64,000 nt of DNA from Chrysomallon squamiferum (lineage: Eukaryota; Animalia; Mollusca). Below are positions 39,444 through 56,053 of this stretch, piece by piece. The number at the start of each line of letters is the position of its first letter. The first letter of the stretch is position 1. The DNA lies in assembly GCA_012295275.1 (NCBI GenBank), contig CM022668.1, positions 13,268,001-13,332,000 of the forward strand. The letters run 5' to 3'. A program made the position numbers and the translations under genes. The notes under the pieces were generated by a model. It was given only the letters and a program-made list of their open reading frames with translations. It did no database searches and had not been told where the DNA came from.

Positions 39444-39678
39444 TAAATATATTTTTCTTTCCTTTTATTTATTTTATTTTATTATTTTTTTTTTTTTTTT
39501 TTAAATTACATTTTAATTGCGTATATAAATAAGTAACAACGAAAACAATTTTGTCATGGCTGTTTAAATATGGTAATTACGATGTCATTATGAAACGTAT
39601 CTTTTTATTATTTAGTGAAACTACTTTTTGTTTTGCTACAGTTTCAGTTAATTTGTGAAGTTAACATTGCATGCATAT

Positions 39679-39750
39679 GGCTCGTTGGTCTAGGGGTATG
39701 ATTCTCGCTTAGGGTGCGAGAGGTCCCGGGTTCGAATCCCGGACGAGCCC
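39679..39750 (+). tRNA. tRNA-Pro(AGG)
   Basis: Identical 72-nt AGG sequence. Confidence 0.96.
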
Positions 39751-40512
39751 AATATATTAGAAACATTTTTTTAAAATATTTTTTTTATAATAATTATTTT
39801 TTATTACTGGCTTATCTTATGTTTATTTATTTTATTTTATTTTTGTTGAATATAGCAATAGACATCACTTAAATCACGTATTTAATCCTATATCATGTCC
39901 CTAAAATTCCAATTTTTCATTTAATACTTTTTAAGACTTTGATATTTACATAGTATAACACTAAATTAACACTTTAAAAATAATAATAATAATAAAATAA
40001 AATTAAACAAAGATTTGTATATAAATAGATATATAAAAATTAATAATAAAAAAAATAAAAATAAATAGTAATTGAATTTGATTAAAATAAAATTTAAAAT
40101 GAAATAAAATAAAATATAAAAACAGAATAGGGCAGACAGAATACAATAAACTAAAAATAAACACATATACGCAACAAATAAGAAACAACAAACGCTAGAA
40201 ATCATTGTCAATTGTCTTTATTCTCAAAAGACGTACATATAATATACCCTTGCTATGTTGTACATTCACATCTACGCTGACTGGCACCTCACATCCGTCC
40301 GTTCGTTCGTCCATCTATCTGTCTATCATGCTTTTTTCTCTCCTTGTGTTCATTCATTCTTCCACACGTAAATGGGTATTCATTTATTTAGGGGGGAAAA
40401 GCCCAACATGGCTACAGACAAGCAGAGGTAGCAAAAATCCATTTGTATTCGAGATTAATCTATCTTAATAATACAGAGAGATTTATCCACAGATTAAGCT
40501 AATCTCGTCCCA

Positions 40513-40554
<42 letters not shown>

Positions 40555-40684
40555 ATAATTAAAAAAATAAATAATAATAAAAATTGTTTTAAATTTATGA
40601 TGTTGTATTAAGGAAAGAGAGATTGATGGCATTCCACAGAAACTATTTTTAATAGTAATAGTAATAGTAGTAGTAGTAGTAGTA

Positions 40685-40774
<90 letters not shown>

Positions 40775-40845
40775 TATATTTTCATTTATGATGGTATAGT
40801 GAAGGAACAAAGAAAGCTACCCGATTCCAAAGAAAACGTTTCTGA

Positions 40846-40886
<41 letters not shown>

Positions 40887-41586
40887 GACAGTAACAGGAA
40901 GAGGTAAAATTTGGTAGGATCCACTTTAAAATTAATGAAAAATTCATTAAAATCCCCCAACCCAATGAAACATTAATTCTAAATTCATCCCATTAAAAAT
41001 AATTTAATAATACAAAAATTAAATAATAATAATAATAATATTAAAAACAAGATTTATGTTTTAATTATGTATGGGTGATGTTAGTTTATAAAAATTTTTT
41101 TTTAAAATACCAGTAAATAAATATTATTAAAACTCTATTCTGTTGTTACACCATTTATATATCAAACTAAACCAAACCAAATGACGTTTAGAATGAAAGT
41201 TAATTATAAATATAATTTATAAACAATTATTTTGCAAGGTTGAAATAAAAAAATTTAATAAAATTCTCAAAACCTTCTCAGATCTTTTGTAGCCATGAAG
41301 CTTAGTCATAATTAATGTAATTTTTAGGTCTAGGAATAATTAAGCTTAATTAATCATAATAAATTAATGAAACTTAAAAATCCTAGAAAAAAAAAAGTTT
41401 AAATTTGCTAATTATTTTTAGGAATGTGTATATAAATTAAGAAAAAAGGGTGCTGGTTTTTTCAAAACTGAATTTTTAGTGTTTTTAAGTATCTGTTGTT
41501 TGTCTTTTATTTCAAAATTTTAAACTTTAAGATTTATAATTAAGACAGTTTTATTATTAATTTCTAAAATATCAGTGACTACTAGG

Positions 41587-41634
<48 letters not shown>

Positions 41635-42065
41635 TCTTAATTTAAAGCAACAAAATCCAATATATTGTACAAGCATATATGTGTTCTGGACCAAAAAAAT
41701 AATAATAATAAATAAAATAAAAATAAATGAATTTCATGAAGCAGTCCATTTCAGACATGAAATTTAGCCATTTCAGTCCAATATGGACAGTTTTGTAACT
41801 GCTATATATAGATACACTAGTAAATACAAAGATTAGCCCCTCTCTCTCTCTCTCCTCTCATTTAGTGAGTAATATAAATAGAATCCATTTACACACACCA
41901 CCCACAATTTACTTAATTAAGTGTATTAAATAATAATAATAATAATAGGAGAACGTTTTTTTGTTTGTTTTCTTAGCTTGCACACCAGTCTTATAAGACT
42001 GAGTCCCCATAAAAACCCCAAAATTGTACTATTTCTCATTTTGTCAAAGTTTTTATGATAAGCAA

Positions 42066-42100
<35 letters not shown>

Positions 42101-42753
42101 ATGAACAAATTATATAACTGAAAAAAAAAATAAAAAATAAATAAAAAAAATAATTAAATAAATAAATAAATCAAAACAAACCAAAAAAAAACTGACATAC
42201 AAATGTCATTTCTCAAATTATTTGTATATATATACTCAGTCAAAATAATACATATCATATAAAATAACATATTTATATAGAGGACAAAGCTACATCTATG
42301 TTTTAAATACAATTTACAGCAATGGCCTTCCAAAACGCCAAGAACAAGGATGGGGGAAATTCTCGGAAATCAAATCAAATACACATTATAATTTAATTTT
42401 ATTTTAATTTAAAAAGTGGGGAAAATCTGGTAGTATTTATGTTTGAAGTCGAAAGATGCAACAGTTTTTAAGGATATTTAGATTAAGTGATTAAAAAGCT
42501 GCAGAAATTTATATGAAAAAAATAAATTAAAAAATAAAAATAAAAATATAAAAAATACAATATAATGCAAAATTAAGCTAAAATCTAAATGAAGATTAAT
42601 ATATTAACCTTAAAGAATTCAAATCGTAAATATTACTTCTCTTTTTTTTAAACTATTATTTTTTTTTTTTTTTGTAAGTATATTCCAAGAAAACATCCAT
42701 GGAAAAAAAAAGAAAAAGTTGCATTTATATACATACAATCATATTATTTTTAA

Positions 42754-42784
<31 letters not shown>

Positions 42785-42993
42785 ATGCCTTCTGCTCATG
42801 ATAATTTTTACATTTTCACTGGATCTGCTGAAGAAAGAAAATAGAAGATATTAAACACATACATTTTTTATTATTATTACTTTTTTTAAATTCTAAAACA
42901 TCCTAACATCACAACCAATTACCAACTGAAATTAAAATGGGAACCCCCCCACTCCATCCCAGATCTGGCCTTCATGATCTTCATATATATAAC

Positions 42994-43028
<35 letters not shown>

Positions 43029-43307
43029 CAATCAATCAAAATAACCACATTTAAAATAACCATAATGGTCACATATTCATCAAACATTCTATCAATATTC
43101 ATTTCAAACAGATCCATAAAAAAAAAAAAAAAAAAAAAAAAAATCCAACATGCACAAAAAAAACCTCACGAGCATTTTTTTTTACGATTTCTTTCCCCAC
43201 GATTTTTTTTTTTTTTTTTTTTTTTTTGATACACGACCCAAATTTTTTTTTTTCATCCTTCCTTCCTTCTTATCCCCACCCTGAATACATATTTCTATTT
43301 TTTTAAG

Positions 43308-43598
<291 letters not shown>

Positions 43599-44147
43599 TC
43601 AAAAAAGAAAGTAGCGAGATTTGTGCTTAAATATCACAAGAAAAAATAAAAGAAAAGAAAAGGACAAACTAAAGACTTTTTTTTTTAAATGTTAGGGTTA
43701 AGATTTTTTTTAGTAGAGGTAAATCACATTATTAGTAATTAATTGGTATTGTAGTTGTCAGTCTGTATCAGAACTTTCAACAGAAAACAAAAAAAAATTA
43801 GTAACACAAGTTGTTTATTAAAGGTAATTTTTTTTTTTAAATGAACTATCAACTGAAAATAGAGCATGAAAAAAAAAAAAAAAAAAAAAATGATATTATA
43901 CACGAAATTCATCTGAAATAATAGCAACATTTTTTAAAATTAAATTTACTTTAAAATATAAGATTTTTTTTAATAAAGAAAATATTGGATTTTTATTAAA
44001 TTTGTTAAAATCAAAATCTGCCATGTCCTGCCTTGTCCAATACTGTTTCTGTCTTTCAGTCTGTCTGTCTCTCTGTCTGTCTGTCTGTCCATGTCTCTTC
44101 TTCCTTCCCCATTGATGCACATTTAAAAATCTAATTTTCTGTCTTTA

Positions 44148-44315
<168 letters not shown>

Positions 44316-44433
44316 TTAAGGTATTTTATTTAATAGGTTTTGACATTCAGTTGTTGAAGATAGTGTTATCTGTAAAATCTCTGTGGGGCTTTTTTCACAT
44401 TAGAGGAAATTTTAGGGATGAAAAAAACAAATA

Positions 44434-44511
<78 letters not shown>

Positions 44512-44777
44512 TCTCATAAACCGACATTAATGTCATATTTGGAGTTGTATTTTTGTGTGAATGTTTACAGTTATGTATGTTAATCTATACAGAGCACCAG
44601 GAAACAGAACTGTATACATCCATTGTTGTTTACAAAACAGGTATGGTAAATATGTAAACAAGAAATTATTTTGGTAATGAAAACAGTTACAGAATGCAAG
44701 ATAAACAATTTAGAATTACGTTGTTTTATTGTTCTCTTACTATATATGTGTGTGTGTGTGTGTGTGGGTGTGCACAC

Positions 44778-44836
<59 letters not shown>

Positions 44837-46281
44837 GTAGCCCTATGATTATCTAATAAAACATGAACACAACCAGAGAAAGAATGAAAGAAAGAAAAAA
44901 AAAAAAAAAAAAAAAAAACGTTCCCTGAATAACCAAAAAAAACACAAGTTTTTTTTTTATTATTTATAAACAGTTTACAATGGAAAACAACTCTACTGTA
45001 TGCAGTTATGTATTTATTTTTTTTATCTTATTCTTGTCAATAGCAATAACATGAAAGTAACAATAAATGTTTATGGCATACCTCCTTCATTTATTACTAC
45101 ATACATGAAATACATTTAATACTAAATACACAGACAGACAGGCACAGTCTTTGTTAGAATTTATCAGATCGTGTCATAATCCAACCCAAACGGAGCCTCA
45201 ATTGCTGATACCTGCTGTGAATAGATTATACACTTACAAGCATATTGTTATCACAAGGCCCCGATAAGGACACTTGAATTAGCATTTAAACAGGGCTATC
45301 GGTAACATGTGAATTTTAAATAAACAATTAAGCAGCCAAAAATACAGCATGAAGTGAAATACTGAAGTACAAATGTTGGGGGTCTCATCCACAAATTATT
45401 TTCTGATTTTCAACAATTATTATGTAATGGACAAAGCAGCTATTTTGAAACAAGTCTGGCAATTTGTCATGTTTTAATCTTTTTTCACTGATCCATGAAT
45501 TTACTAAACTAATACAAATGCTTTCAGGCAGTGTTTTTTTTTTTTTTTTTATACTTTTATTATTATTATTATTTTTTTTTAAATTCTATTTTTATTCTAT
45601 TCTATTCTATTTTTGTTTATCGATTCATTGAATCATTATTTTATTTTTACTTTATTTATTTTTGGTTAATCATTTATTTATAAAATACATCTATTTTTGG
45701 TTAAATTTTATTTTATTTCCATTTCTTACTAATTTGTATTAAGCTATTATTTCTGTATTAAAAAAAAAAAAGAAAAAAAGTATATTATTACATTTTTAAA
45801 TTACTTTTTATATATCTCTCTCTCATTATCTACCCCTCTATATATCATTTGATCAAAATATATCTTTTTATTTGTCTTTCCATTCATCTTTGTTCATCCA
45901 TTCATCTATATATTCACCCATCTTCATTTGTCCATCCTATCTGTCCATCCATACATTTCACACACACACACACACACAAGTTATATATCTGAGTGTGTGT
46001 GTCTCTCTTTCTAACATATACAATACACACACACTATAATAACAAAAAGATTTAAAGTGTTTAAATACATATATGAACACTACTAAGTGTAACAATAGAA
46101 AATGAGGGGATTACTGAGGTATTACTGTGTATGCACATATATTACAAGCATATAATACACACACAATGCTATATATATATGCATATATTGGTATGAATGC
46201 AAGTGTGCATGTCTGAGTATAGGTATTTCTCCCAATCTGCATTTATACATGGTGGGCATTAATAATCTCTCAATCAAAATA

Positions 46282-46314
<33 letters not shown>

Positions 46315-46323
46315 ATATATCTA

Positions 46324-46644
<321 letters not shown>

Positions 46645-47920
46645 AACAGGCAGGTAGCAGCAATCAAGTGCCTGTCAGAGATAATCGCCTGCACATTAAC
46701 GAGTGCTTATTTCTTCACCGCAGATCTGATCTACACAGACAGCTGCTGGTCTTTGTTGGTTGCTGTCACATCTCGCTGCAAACACGACACAGCTCTAGTG
46801 TGACTAAAGTGATCAGTATTTATCTTCTTTCTGTGGCTAGGTTTACACGCAGGTTCACCACTGCAGTTCACACACAAAGGCCACGTTTGTAAACACTTGA
46901 AATTAATTGCGTTTTTTTTTTTTTTTATTTTTTTTTTTTTTTTTTGAAATTTTTGAATTTTTTTTTTTTTTTTTTTTTGAAAGTAAATGTGAAATATAAT
47001 AATTTGTAAATATTTTAAAAAAATAATGAGTTATTCTGTATTAGCGATAAATAAATAAATAAATAAATAAACAAAGAGACATATGAATAAAGAAATATTA
47101 AAAAATTCAAACACTAACCACTTCAAAATAGACTGGTAATGTGATAGCTGTATTAAAGCAAAACAATGGAAGAAAGAAAATACAAAAAAATAAAAATATA
47201 AAATGTATTTGTACAAAATGTCAGTTATTTTAACAAATCAAAGACTTCATAAAAATAACATCTGACTAAAACGTACTGCAGAATAAAATGTAAAAGAGAA
47301 AACAAATTTTGTTTTTCTGTTTTTAATATTTCAAGATTTTCAATAAATCAGAAACTTGCTGTCTTACAACAGTTCAGGAAAATAGTTCAAAAATTAAAAA
47401 TATAAACTAAATAATTTTTTTTTAAATGAAAGAAAAATAATAAAACAAAAATAAATAATAAGAAAAATAATAGTAACAATAATAATAATAAGAAGAATAA
47501 GAAGAAGAATAAGAAGAAGAATAAGAATAAGAATAATAATAAGAAGAAGAAGAAGAAATAAATGAAAAACGGAAGAAATAATGGTTACAATAGTAGTAAA
47601 ATACAAGAAGAGAGAAAGAAAAAAAGATGTAAATATGATTATTATTTATCTTTCTAAGTAAAACGTACTCAGGCTGAACCAAAACCATCCCAGTTTGACT
47701 TGACGTTGTAAAACAGTACTTGAATTGTACACACCCACTCAGTTTAATGTAACAGTAACAAACTGACAAATAAATTCAACCTAGCCCCCTTTGCCTGCTG
47801 TCCTCTACACTGTAATTTTAGTGCAGCGACAAAACTAAACAAGGGTGCTATTCTTCAACAGTTAAATATACAAAAATACACTGAACCTCCCCTCCTGAAA
47901 AAACAACAACATATGCATAA

Positions 47921-47974
<54 letters not shown>

Positions 47975-48099
47975 TGTATAAAATAAAAGACAGTAGCTGT
48001 AGCTGTAGGTGTAGTAGTAGTGGTGGTGGTAGTGGTAGTGATAATGGTGAAAGTGTGCTATAATGGTTATACTAGTAGTAATTGTAGTGGTAACAGTAA

Positions 48100-48139
<40 letters not shown>

Positions 48140-49678
48140 TGTTGTTGTTGTTGTTGTTGTGGTGGTGGTGGTTGCAGCTATGGTAATGATAGTAGTAAAG
48201 GTAGTAACAGCAGCAGTAGTAATAATAATAATAATAATAAAATAATAATAACAACAACAACTACAATAATAATAATTAATGGATTCAACTAACATTAAAT
48301 ATCAAACCACCTTCAACAAGAAAAAAAATAAAAACAAAAAAAACCAAAACCAAAATAACTAAATAAATAAATAATTAGAAAAAAAGAATTAATAAAAATA
48401 ATAAAAAGTATATGAGAACTTCAGAAACGAACATTTTTTCTTTACTGCCTAAAGCTTAGCCTGCATAATTACGTTCAGTTTTATTTAGATTAATCTGTTT
48501 ATGTAACAAGTGTTATTGTTTTCTTAGCGCATAAAAACTTTAGAATATTTATAATGTGTCCTCAAGCATTTTGGACTTAAGATAGATATTGTATCTGTAA
48601 TAATAACAATAACAATAATCTAGGTTAGAGCCATTTGAAAGTTAAAGCTCAACCCATTGTAGTGTTAATAGTTATTTGATGGGACACCTATATAAATAAA
48701 CTTTTTTCATTTATTTATTTATAAACCTTTTAAATTTTTAAATTTAAATTTCATTTTTAAAATTATTTATTTCTTTATATTTTTGATTATTTATTTATTT
48801 ATTTATTTATTTATTGTAATGATGAAAAAATTTAAAAACTTATTGATTAATCTTGTTGAATAACAAAACTGTCATAAATAAATAATTTCTGTACTGTGAT
48901 GAAAAAATGCAAAAGTTAATGTAAATTATACTACTTTATAGTAAAAAAAATAATTTTAAAATTAAAAAAAAAATAAAAAAATAAAATAAAATATAGTAAT
49001 AGTAGTAGTAACAACAACAACAATAATAACATAACTTGGATTTATGCATACATTAAAGCTTGGCTAAAAAAAAAAATAAAAAAAAAAAAAATAGATGTAA
49101 CTTCTCCATCTAGATTTATTAGTAAGAACTGAAGATTATGAAATGACTAAATATGACAATATGACATAACCAAGCCACTGTTATGAAGATAAATTCAAAC
49201 ATCTAACATACATGAAAATATTCTCTTTATAACCAAAACAGCATTAAAATAACAAAACATTTTACACAGATCTTTTGCCGTAACTGGTAAAATTATTTAA
49301 CAAAAGTTTTGTTCTGATTTTTCTTTACAATTAATTGCCTAACGCTTGTAGACTTTGTAAACTGTTGTAGATCTTTACTATCCAAGTAATTATGTTCAGT
49401 TACTTATCATGTCCATCTCAAAATTAATTTAATTTGTGTGTGCATAAGACAAAAAGAACTGTGTTTATACTATTGATCTCTATTCACAACAATGGTATGG
49501 TATGTGCCTGCATCCAGTTCAAGGTTCAAGCATGCCCATCTCTGGGATCACCAGGGATGGGTTGGTTCTGGGACAGAAGAGGGGATGGGGGAAGAAGGAG
49601 TAAAGTATTTGAAGTGGGCAATTTGGAATAAGCACTGAATGCTTTTTAGTTAATAAGATCCATAAGTGTTAAATCTTT

Positions 49679-49712
<34 letters not shown>

Positions 49713-51701
49713 GGTTTGTTGTTTTTAATAGATGGGAAGAGAGCTATTTTAATTAAGGTTATTATATTATTTGTTTCTTTACAACAGTAAAACAGCACGT
49801 TTTGAAAGTTATTTTTAGACTGTTGGTCACATGATTATCTTCTTGCATGTGACCAACTAGTGATGGGCAGCTGTTTCTGCAGAATTTTTTTTTTTTTTTT
49901 TTTTGGCAGACACAAAATCTCACTCAGTTAACAGAATTGTGTATGACTGATATTTATGTTTATTATTATTATTAAAAAAATTCCAGTGAGTCTTGCTACT
50001 ACTAATGATCTTTACACAAATTTCTTTTGTGTCCAAAAACAGCGAAACCGGTGAAAGTCAGCAACATTACTTTTAACACATTATTTTTCATTTGTGGTTT
50101 ATTTATTTATTTATTTATTTATTTACTTCCTTGTTTTTAATAAAACTGTAAGTAACAGATGCAGAAAAGCAATAAAATATTTTGTTTTTCAAACCAGTGA
50201 TTTATTACTAAAATATAATTTGACAGAAATAGCCAAGTTTGCTGACCGACCACATTTGGACAACAAAATGGAGGCAAAAATGTATTAATGATTTCAAGTA
50301 ATTTTTTGTTTATATATATATATTTTTTTTTTTTTTTTAAATTTGGAACTTTGAACTGCCATTTTTATTTTCTTCATGATACTCAACAATCAGAGAAATG
50401 AAAAACAAACTTGACTGGTGCCTCTAAGGAAATTTGATCCTGTAACACATTGCACCTGAAGACCAATCCTAATCTATGAACTGAAAAAGGCTCAAGAAAA
50501 AAAACCCACCAAAATCATTACGAAGATTTGACACAATAACAAATCTTAGATCAATACAAAACACCCCCCCAAAAAAGAAAATCAATAAATAAATTAAAAA
50601 AAAAAATTAAAAAAAAAAAACTCTGAAACAATCACAGAAATAAAATCTAAAATATCCTTTGGGTTCACTAATGGGCTTTGAACCCACCACCTGTTATCTC
50701 TGGTCTTTCAGAGTGACAGGGGAAAAACAGTATAAATTATTTCACATGTTGTTAGTTGTCAGAGTAATAAAAGTGTTTCTCAGCATGTGTTTGTGGATTG
50801 GCATTTTAACAATACGCTAAACACACCAAATGTTACATCGTAAGTGGGGTATCCTCCCGTTTGTTACACACTCGTCATCAATACACTGTTGTTAGTAGCA
50901 TACCTTCTGTCCAGGAAAAATAAATAAATGAAGGAAGGAAAGAAAGAAGGAAGGAAGGAATGAATGAAGGAAGGAAGGAAGGAAGGAAGGAAAGAATGAA
51001 GGAAGGAAATGTATAATTTTAACGCGATTGAACAAATATCAATATAGCTAAATAAACTCTTAGTCAATATAGTAATATGGTACAATAAGTCAAAAATTAT
51101 ATCATTAGTATTTATTATTATTATTATTATTATTTTTTATGTTGTTGATGTGACAGTTCATATGAAATACATATTTAAGTAAGATAAAGGGCACATTATT
51201 TAAATTTAAGTACATTTTTTTTTTTTTTTAAATTTTGTCTTGGAATTTACCTGCTTATAAAATACTGATAAAGAATAATATTATAATTCCTGTACTATCT
51301 GTTATAACGAAACAATTTCATTATATCTTTTAGACATATTATTTTTATTTATATTATCTGATATAAATGTTATTGTTATTTACCTGCTACAAACACAATA
51401 TCTTTTATAAACCATATTATCTTTTATAAACCGTACAAAAGTTACAATTATTTATACATTATATTCAAGTTTTAAGCAGAAGTTTAACCATAAGAAGAGA
51501 TTTCTTTGTTTCATAGTACAATGGATGTTTGTTGTACATGTAACTGTAAATAAATATTATGTCAACTAAGGCACACCTAGCCACTGACACCTGAGTTATT
51601 TATTGATTTCTTTCTTACTCATTCACTCATTTTCTTTGTCTTTTTTTTCTTTCACTCTCTCTCTCTACTTTTTGTCTGTTTCCTTCTTGCTCTCTTGTTT
51701 A

Positions 51702-51765
<64 letters not shown>

Positions 51766-52053
51766 CAACATAATCAATCAAACATGATAATAATCTTAAT
51801 TGTTAAATATATTTAGATTATAACCTTATAATCGGTATCTCTCCCTTTCTCTCTCTTGTTTTATCTTTCACTCTCCCTCTCTTCTTCTCTCTCTCACTCA
51901 TCGTCTCACTCTCTCCTCTCCTTTTCTCTCTCTCATTTTATCTTTCAATCTCTATCGCTCTTCCTCTCTCATTCTTTCATTCTCTCCCTCTTTTATCTTC
52001 TCTCTCTCTCTCTCTCTCTTCCCTCTCTCTCTCTCTTCTCTCTTCTCTCTCCC

Positions 52054-52103
<50 letters not shown>

Positions 52104-52518
52104 CTGACAAAAAGAAAAAAAAAAAAGATGAAAAAGAATGACGTCTGCCACTCAGTTCACAAGTCAACTCTGTCTAACCAGTTCTATATTTAGCTGCTTT
52201 AATGGTGTCTTGAATAACAAGTATTATATAAAATAGTATTTATCTACAGGACCATACAGGTTGATACAAACTGGGCCACTATCTCAGATTTATCTTCAAA
52301 TCTTGCCTTTCATTCTTTTTTTTTTTTTTTTTTTTCTTTTCTTTCTTCTGAATGTAATGTCTGTTTAACATTGTAATGAACTTTAAGGAATGTACTTTTA
52401 AACCCCCAAAGCCACAATTCTTGCCTTCCAAAATTAATAACTAACTAAATAAAGATAAATAAAAATAAATAAATAAAAAAAAAAATAAAATATACATACA
52501 GGCCTACATATACAAATG

Positions 52519-52553
<35 letters not shown>

Positions 52554-54501
52554 ATTTTAATATTTTAATTTTGTATTGAAAAATGTGTTATAAGAAGCTG
52601 GAAGCAAAAATTAAATTACCTCAAATTAATGAAATGTAATTAAATTAAAATTAAACAAAAACAATTCATAAGAATCTGATATATAATAAAAAAAGAAATT
52701 AAAAAAAAAAGAAAAGAAATAAAATTAAAATATAAATAAAGTCAGTAAATAATAAAAGTATATACAGACAATAAAAAAAAAAAAAGAACTATATAATCCA
52801 TTTATCTATTTTGTAACCCAATAAATTACTACAACACAACAAACGATTGCGATGATGTAGTAGCTATTGTAAACGATGTCACCTAAACAGGGCCTCTTTC
52901 GACAAATCCAGAACAGAAAAGATTGACTGCAGCTGACAGAAAAGTCTGAAGTACTTGGAAGAGCCCATTCCCCAAAAAGGTGAGACAGCTTGTCACAACC
53001 ATTAAATTAAAAACAATTTTAAAAAGACCCAAACGTAAATAAATAAATAAATAAATACTAACAATAATTTCAAACACAACTGCTATTCCAACTAATAAAA
53101 TAATAATAATAAAAAAATATTAATAATAATTAAAACAAAATAATTTGTAATAATACTTCTATGATTTTTATTTTATTTTATTATTTTATTTTTTTTTGTA
53201 ATTAACTGTAGGTAATTTTTTTTAATTTAATTTTATTTCATTTCATTTTATATTTTATTTTATTATTTTTTTTTTTTTTGTGTGTGTCAAGATAAAGAAT
53301 AAAACAGATTGTTTAATTTCACTTTGTAAATAGTTTGGTAAACTGATGTTCAGGTGAAACACAGTTTGAAAGTTTAGATTGACTGAAGTAGATTAAATGA
53401 AATCAGGGTTTCCATTGTTCAAGTGTTTTCTTTGTAACTGAATCTAGATATCTGCTATCCACTATCAAACATGATACTTATTTAAAAACTTCAAAAATTT
53501 GTAGAGAAGTTTAATTTCAACTACTGTATATAAACCATAATTAAATAAATAAATAAATGAGAATATATAGCAGAAATGCTATTGTTATTTTTCATAAAAT
53601 AATTTTTAACTTCTACTAATACAATCATTACTACTATTACAACTACTAGAACTACTACTACAATAACTATTTTTTACTACCATCACTGTTACAGTCACTA
53701 TTATTACCACTATCACTATCACTACAATTATTACCAGTATTACTATTAATACAATTACTATTACCGGTAATATTACTACTATCACCAATACTACTGTTAT
53801 TATTACTACTACTAAAACTGCTAATTTACTATTACTTCTACTAATACAACACACTTTTTAATACTTATAAACCATAAATTTAGAATGTTTTTGATTTTTT
53901 TTTCTTTTATGGCTGAATTCAAATTCAAAAAGAAAAAAAACGAAAAGAAAAGAAAAGAAAAAAGGTATCTAAAAAGTAAATGACTGCTTCCATTTAAAAA
54001 TCATTTAATGGTCTTATTAGGTTGTCAAATTATTTTACAGAAAATAATCAAGAAGAAGAAAAAGGGCCTTGAAATTTGAAACTGTTAAGTAATAGGCATG
54101 TATGTTTGTCAGATTATATAATCTAAAAAAGAAAAAAACAAAGGTTTAAAAAAAAAAAAAAAAAAAAAAAGATAGAATATAGTAATTAAATCATAAAAAT
54201 TACAAATCTTTAGTAATGATTGAGTGGTTGTCAAACTATATGTTTAAGAAATCATTTTTGAAAAATGTTTAAAAAAAAAAAAATTATTTTAAGATATTTT
54301 ACAGACAATCCTATGGTGAATAGTTTAAAAATGATCATGAAAAAAATTAAAATAAAATAAATAAATAAAATAATAATAATAATATTTAAAGAAAAGAAAA
54401 AGTGAAAAAGTGAAAAAGAAAAAAGAAATATCATTGGCTATCTAATCATTTAACAATTGCAGAATTGCATGATAATAGCCTGTGAAATTAAAAATTATGA
54501 A

Positions 54502-54557
<56 letters not shown>

Positions 54558-54708
54558 CCCCAAAACGCTTAAGGAAACAAATTAACAAAATGTTAAATGA
54601 TGACATAATGAAACAAAACAGCATTCAAATGAAAAACTGAAATAACAGAATGAGCAAATAATTTTTTTTTTAATTTAGAAAAACAAAGTACAAATGTATT
54701 TTAAATTT

Positions 54709-54758
<50 letters not shown>

Positions 54759-55564
54759 CTACAGCTAGTCGATGAACCAGTTTAAAATGATGACTTGCAA
54801 AATTATCCCACAACAAAGGAAGTTATAAACACAATGGACTGAAGCATCAATTAGCTTTTGAAAGTCAACCAGTCAAGATGGATTATGTATGTGTGTATCT
54901 CTTGAAAACCTGTTTTTTATTTTTTATTTTTTTAGTTATGTCTGTCTGTCTGTCTGTCTGTCTGTTTCTATGTGTATCTTTATCTTGATCTCCTCGTTTT
55001 CTCTTCATTACTCTCCACTCCACCCTCTCTCTCTCTCATATCTATCTACATCTGTCTGTCTGTCTGTTTATCTGTTTCACCCTTACCCTACTCCTTACCC
55101 CAAGTCTTTTTATTAACTGTTATCATGATCTGATTGTTACGAATTTTGTTTGTAGTGCCAAACATTATAAAACCCATGTTTTAATTAATGACAGCAGTAA
55201 AATTTATCACTGGCAACTAACCTATTATTCTTCAGAAAAGAATAAAAGAATAAATATTTTATTTAACTTTCTGTACAGTTTTTAACCTACAGTTATTATA
55301 TTTGACCCATCACATCAAATGAAGTCGTAAGTCATAATGTTTGGCTTTTTTTTAACATTTTCAGATTCTTGACCCCATAAACTTCATTTTAACCCCTTTA
55401 TTCACTCTGCATGAAATTCAGATCCATTGTTGTAGCTAAAATGGAGGATTTCTTACATCCACAAAATAATATTTATCCATGAGTCAATATTTTCATAAAA
55501 TTGCTTCAAAACATTTTAGGATTAATATCTATCATTTTAGTTACTAGGTCAAATATATAATGCT

Positions 55565-55618
<54 letters not shown>

Positions 55619-55774
55619 AAACCCATTTTTTTTTCTATTACTCTGTATTGTTGGTTAAAGCTCAGCATTTGGCTGTGTGACTTAAGGCCCCTTTCAGTGT
55701 GAAGGGTCACACCATGTCTGCACACATAATTATGGTTAATGCATCATATAAATACACTTTCTGCAGTCATACAG

Positions 55775-55960
55775 CAGGCAATTCTTTTTTCAGTTAGTAG
55801 CAAAGAATCTTTTATATACACCTTTTCATAGACGAGAAATGAAAAAAAAAAGAAAAAAAAAGTACTGATTTAATAAAAAGTCAAAGTGCAATGGCTATGA
55901 TAAAATGTCCTGATTGTGGTACAAAGAATTGATCTTGCGTTCCTTCAAGGCTCAGCCTTC
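55775..55960 (-). mobile_element. Degenerate tRNA-derived SINE remnant with a Meta-domain-like core
   Basis: Minus strand GTCTATGAAAAGGTGTATATAAAAGATTCTTTGCTACTAACTGAAAA resembles the MetaSINE core as I recall it (GTCTGTGGGATGGTGCATATAAAAGATCCCTTGCTGCTAATCG); not database-verified. Confidence 0.5.
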
Positions 55961-56018
55961 TTCTTTAAGAACCTAAATACATTTAATGCTTTGAAAATCA
56001 ACATCTGCTTCAACCATA

Positions 56019-56053
<35 letters not shown>

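Noticed and set aside
30794-39750. CRISPR-like array of identical repeats with spacers
   Set aside because: Repeats are 72-nt tRNA genes, spacers are long, uneven and related to each other, there are no cas genes, and the context is eukaryotic.
52870-53000. Possible minus-strand cassette exon in the UBE2E intron (similar case at ~47665-47770)
   Set aside because: Only a donor-like site; no similarity to the UBE2E N-terminus and no clear acceptor.
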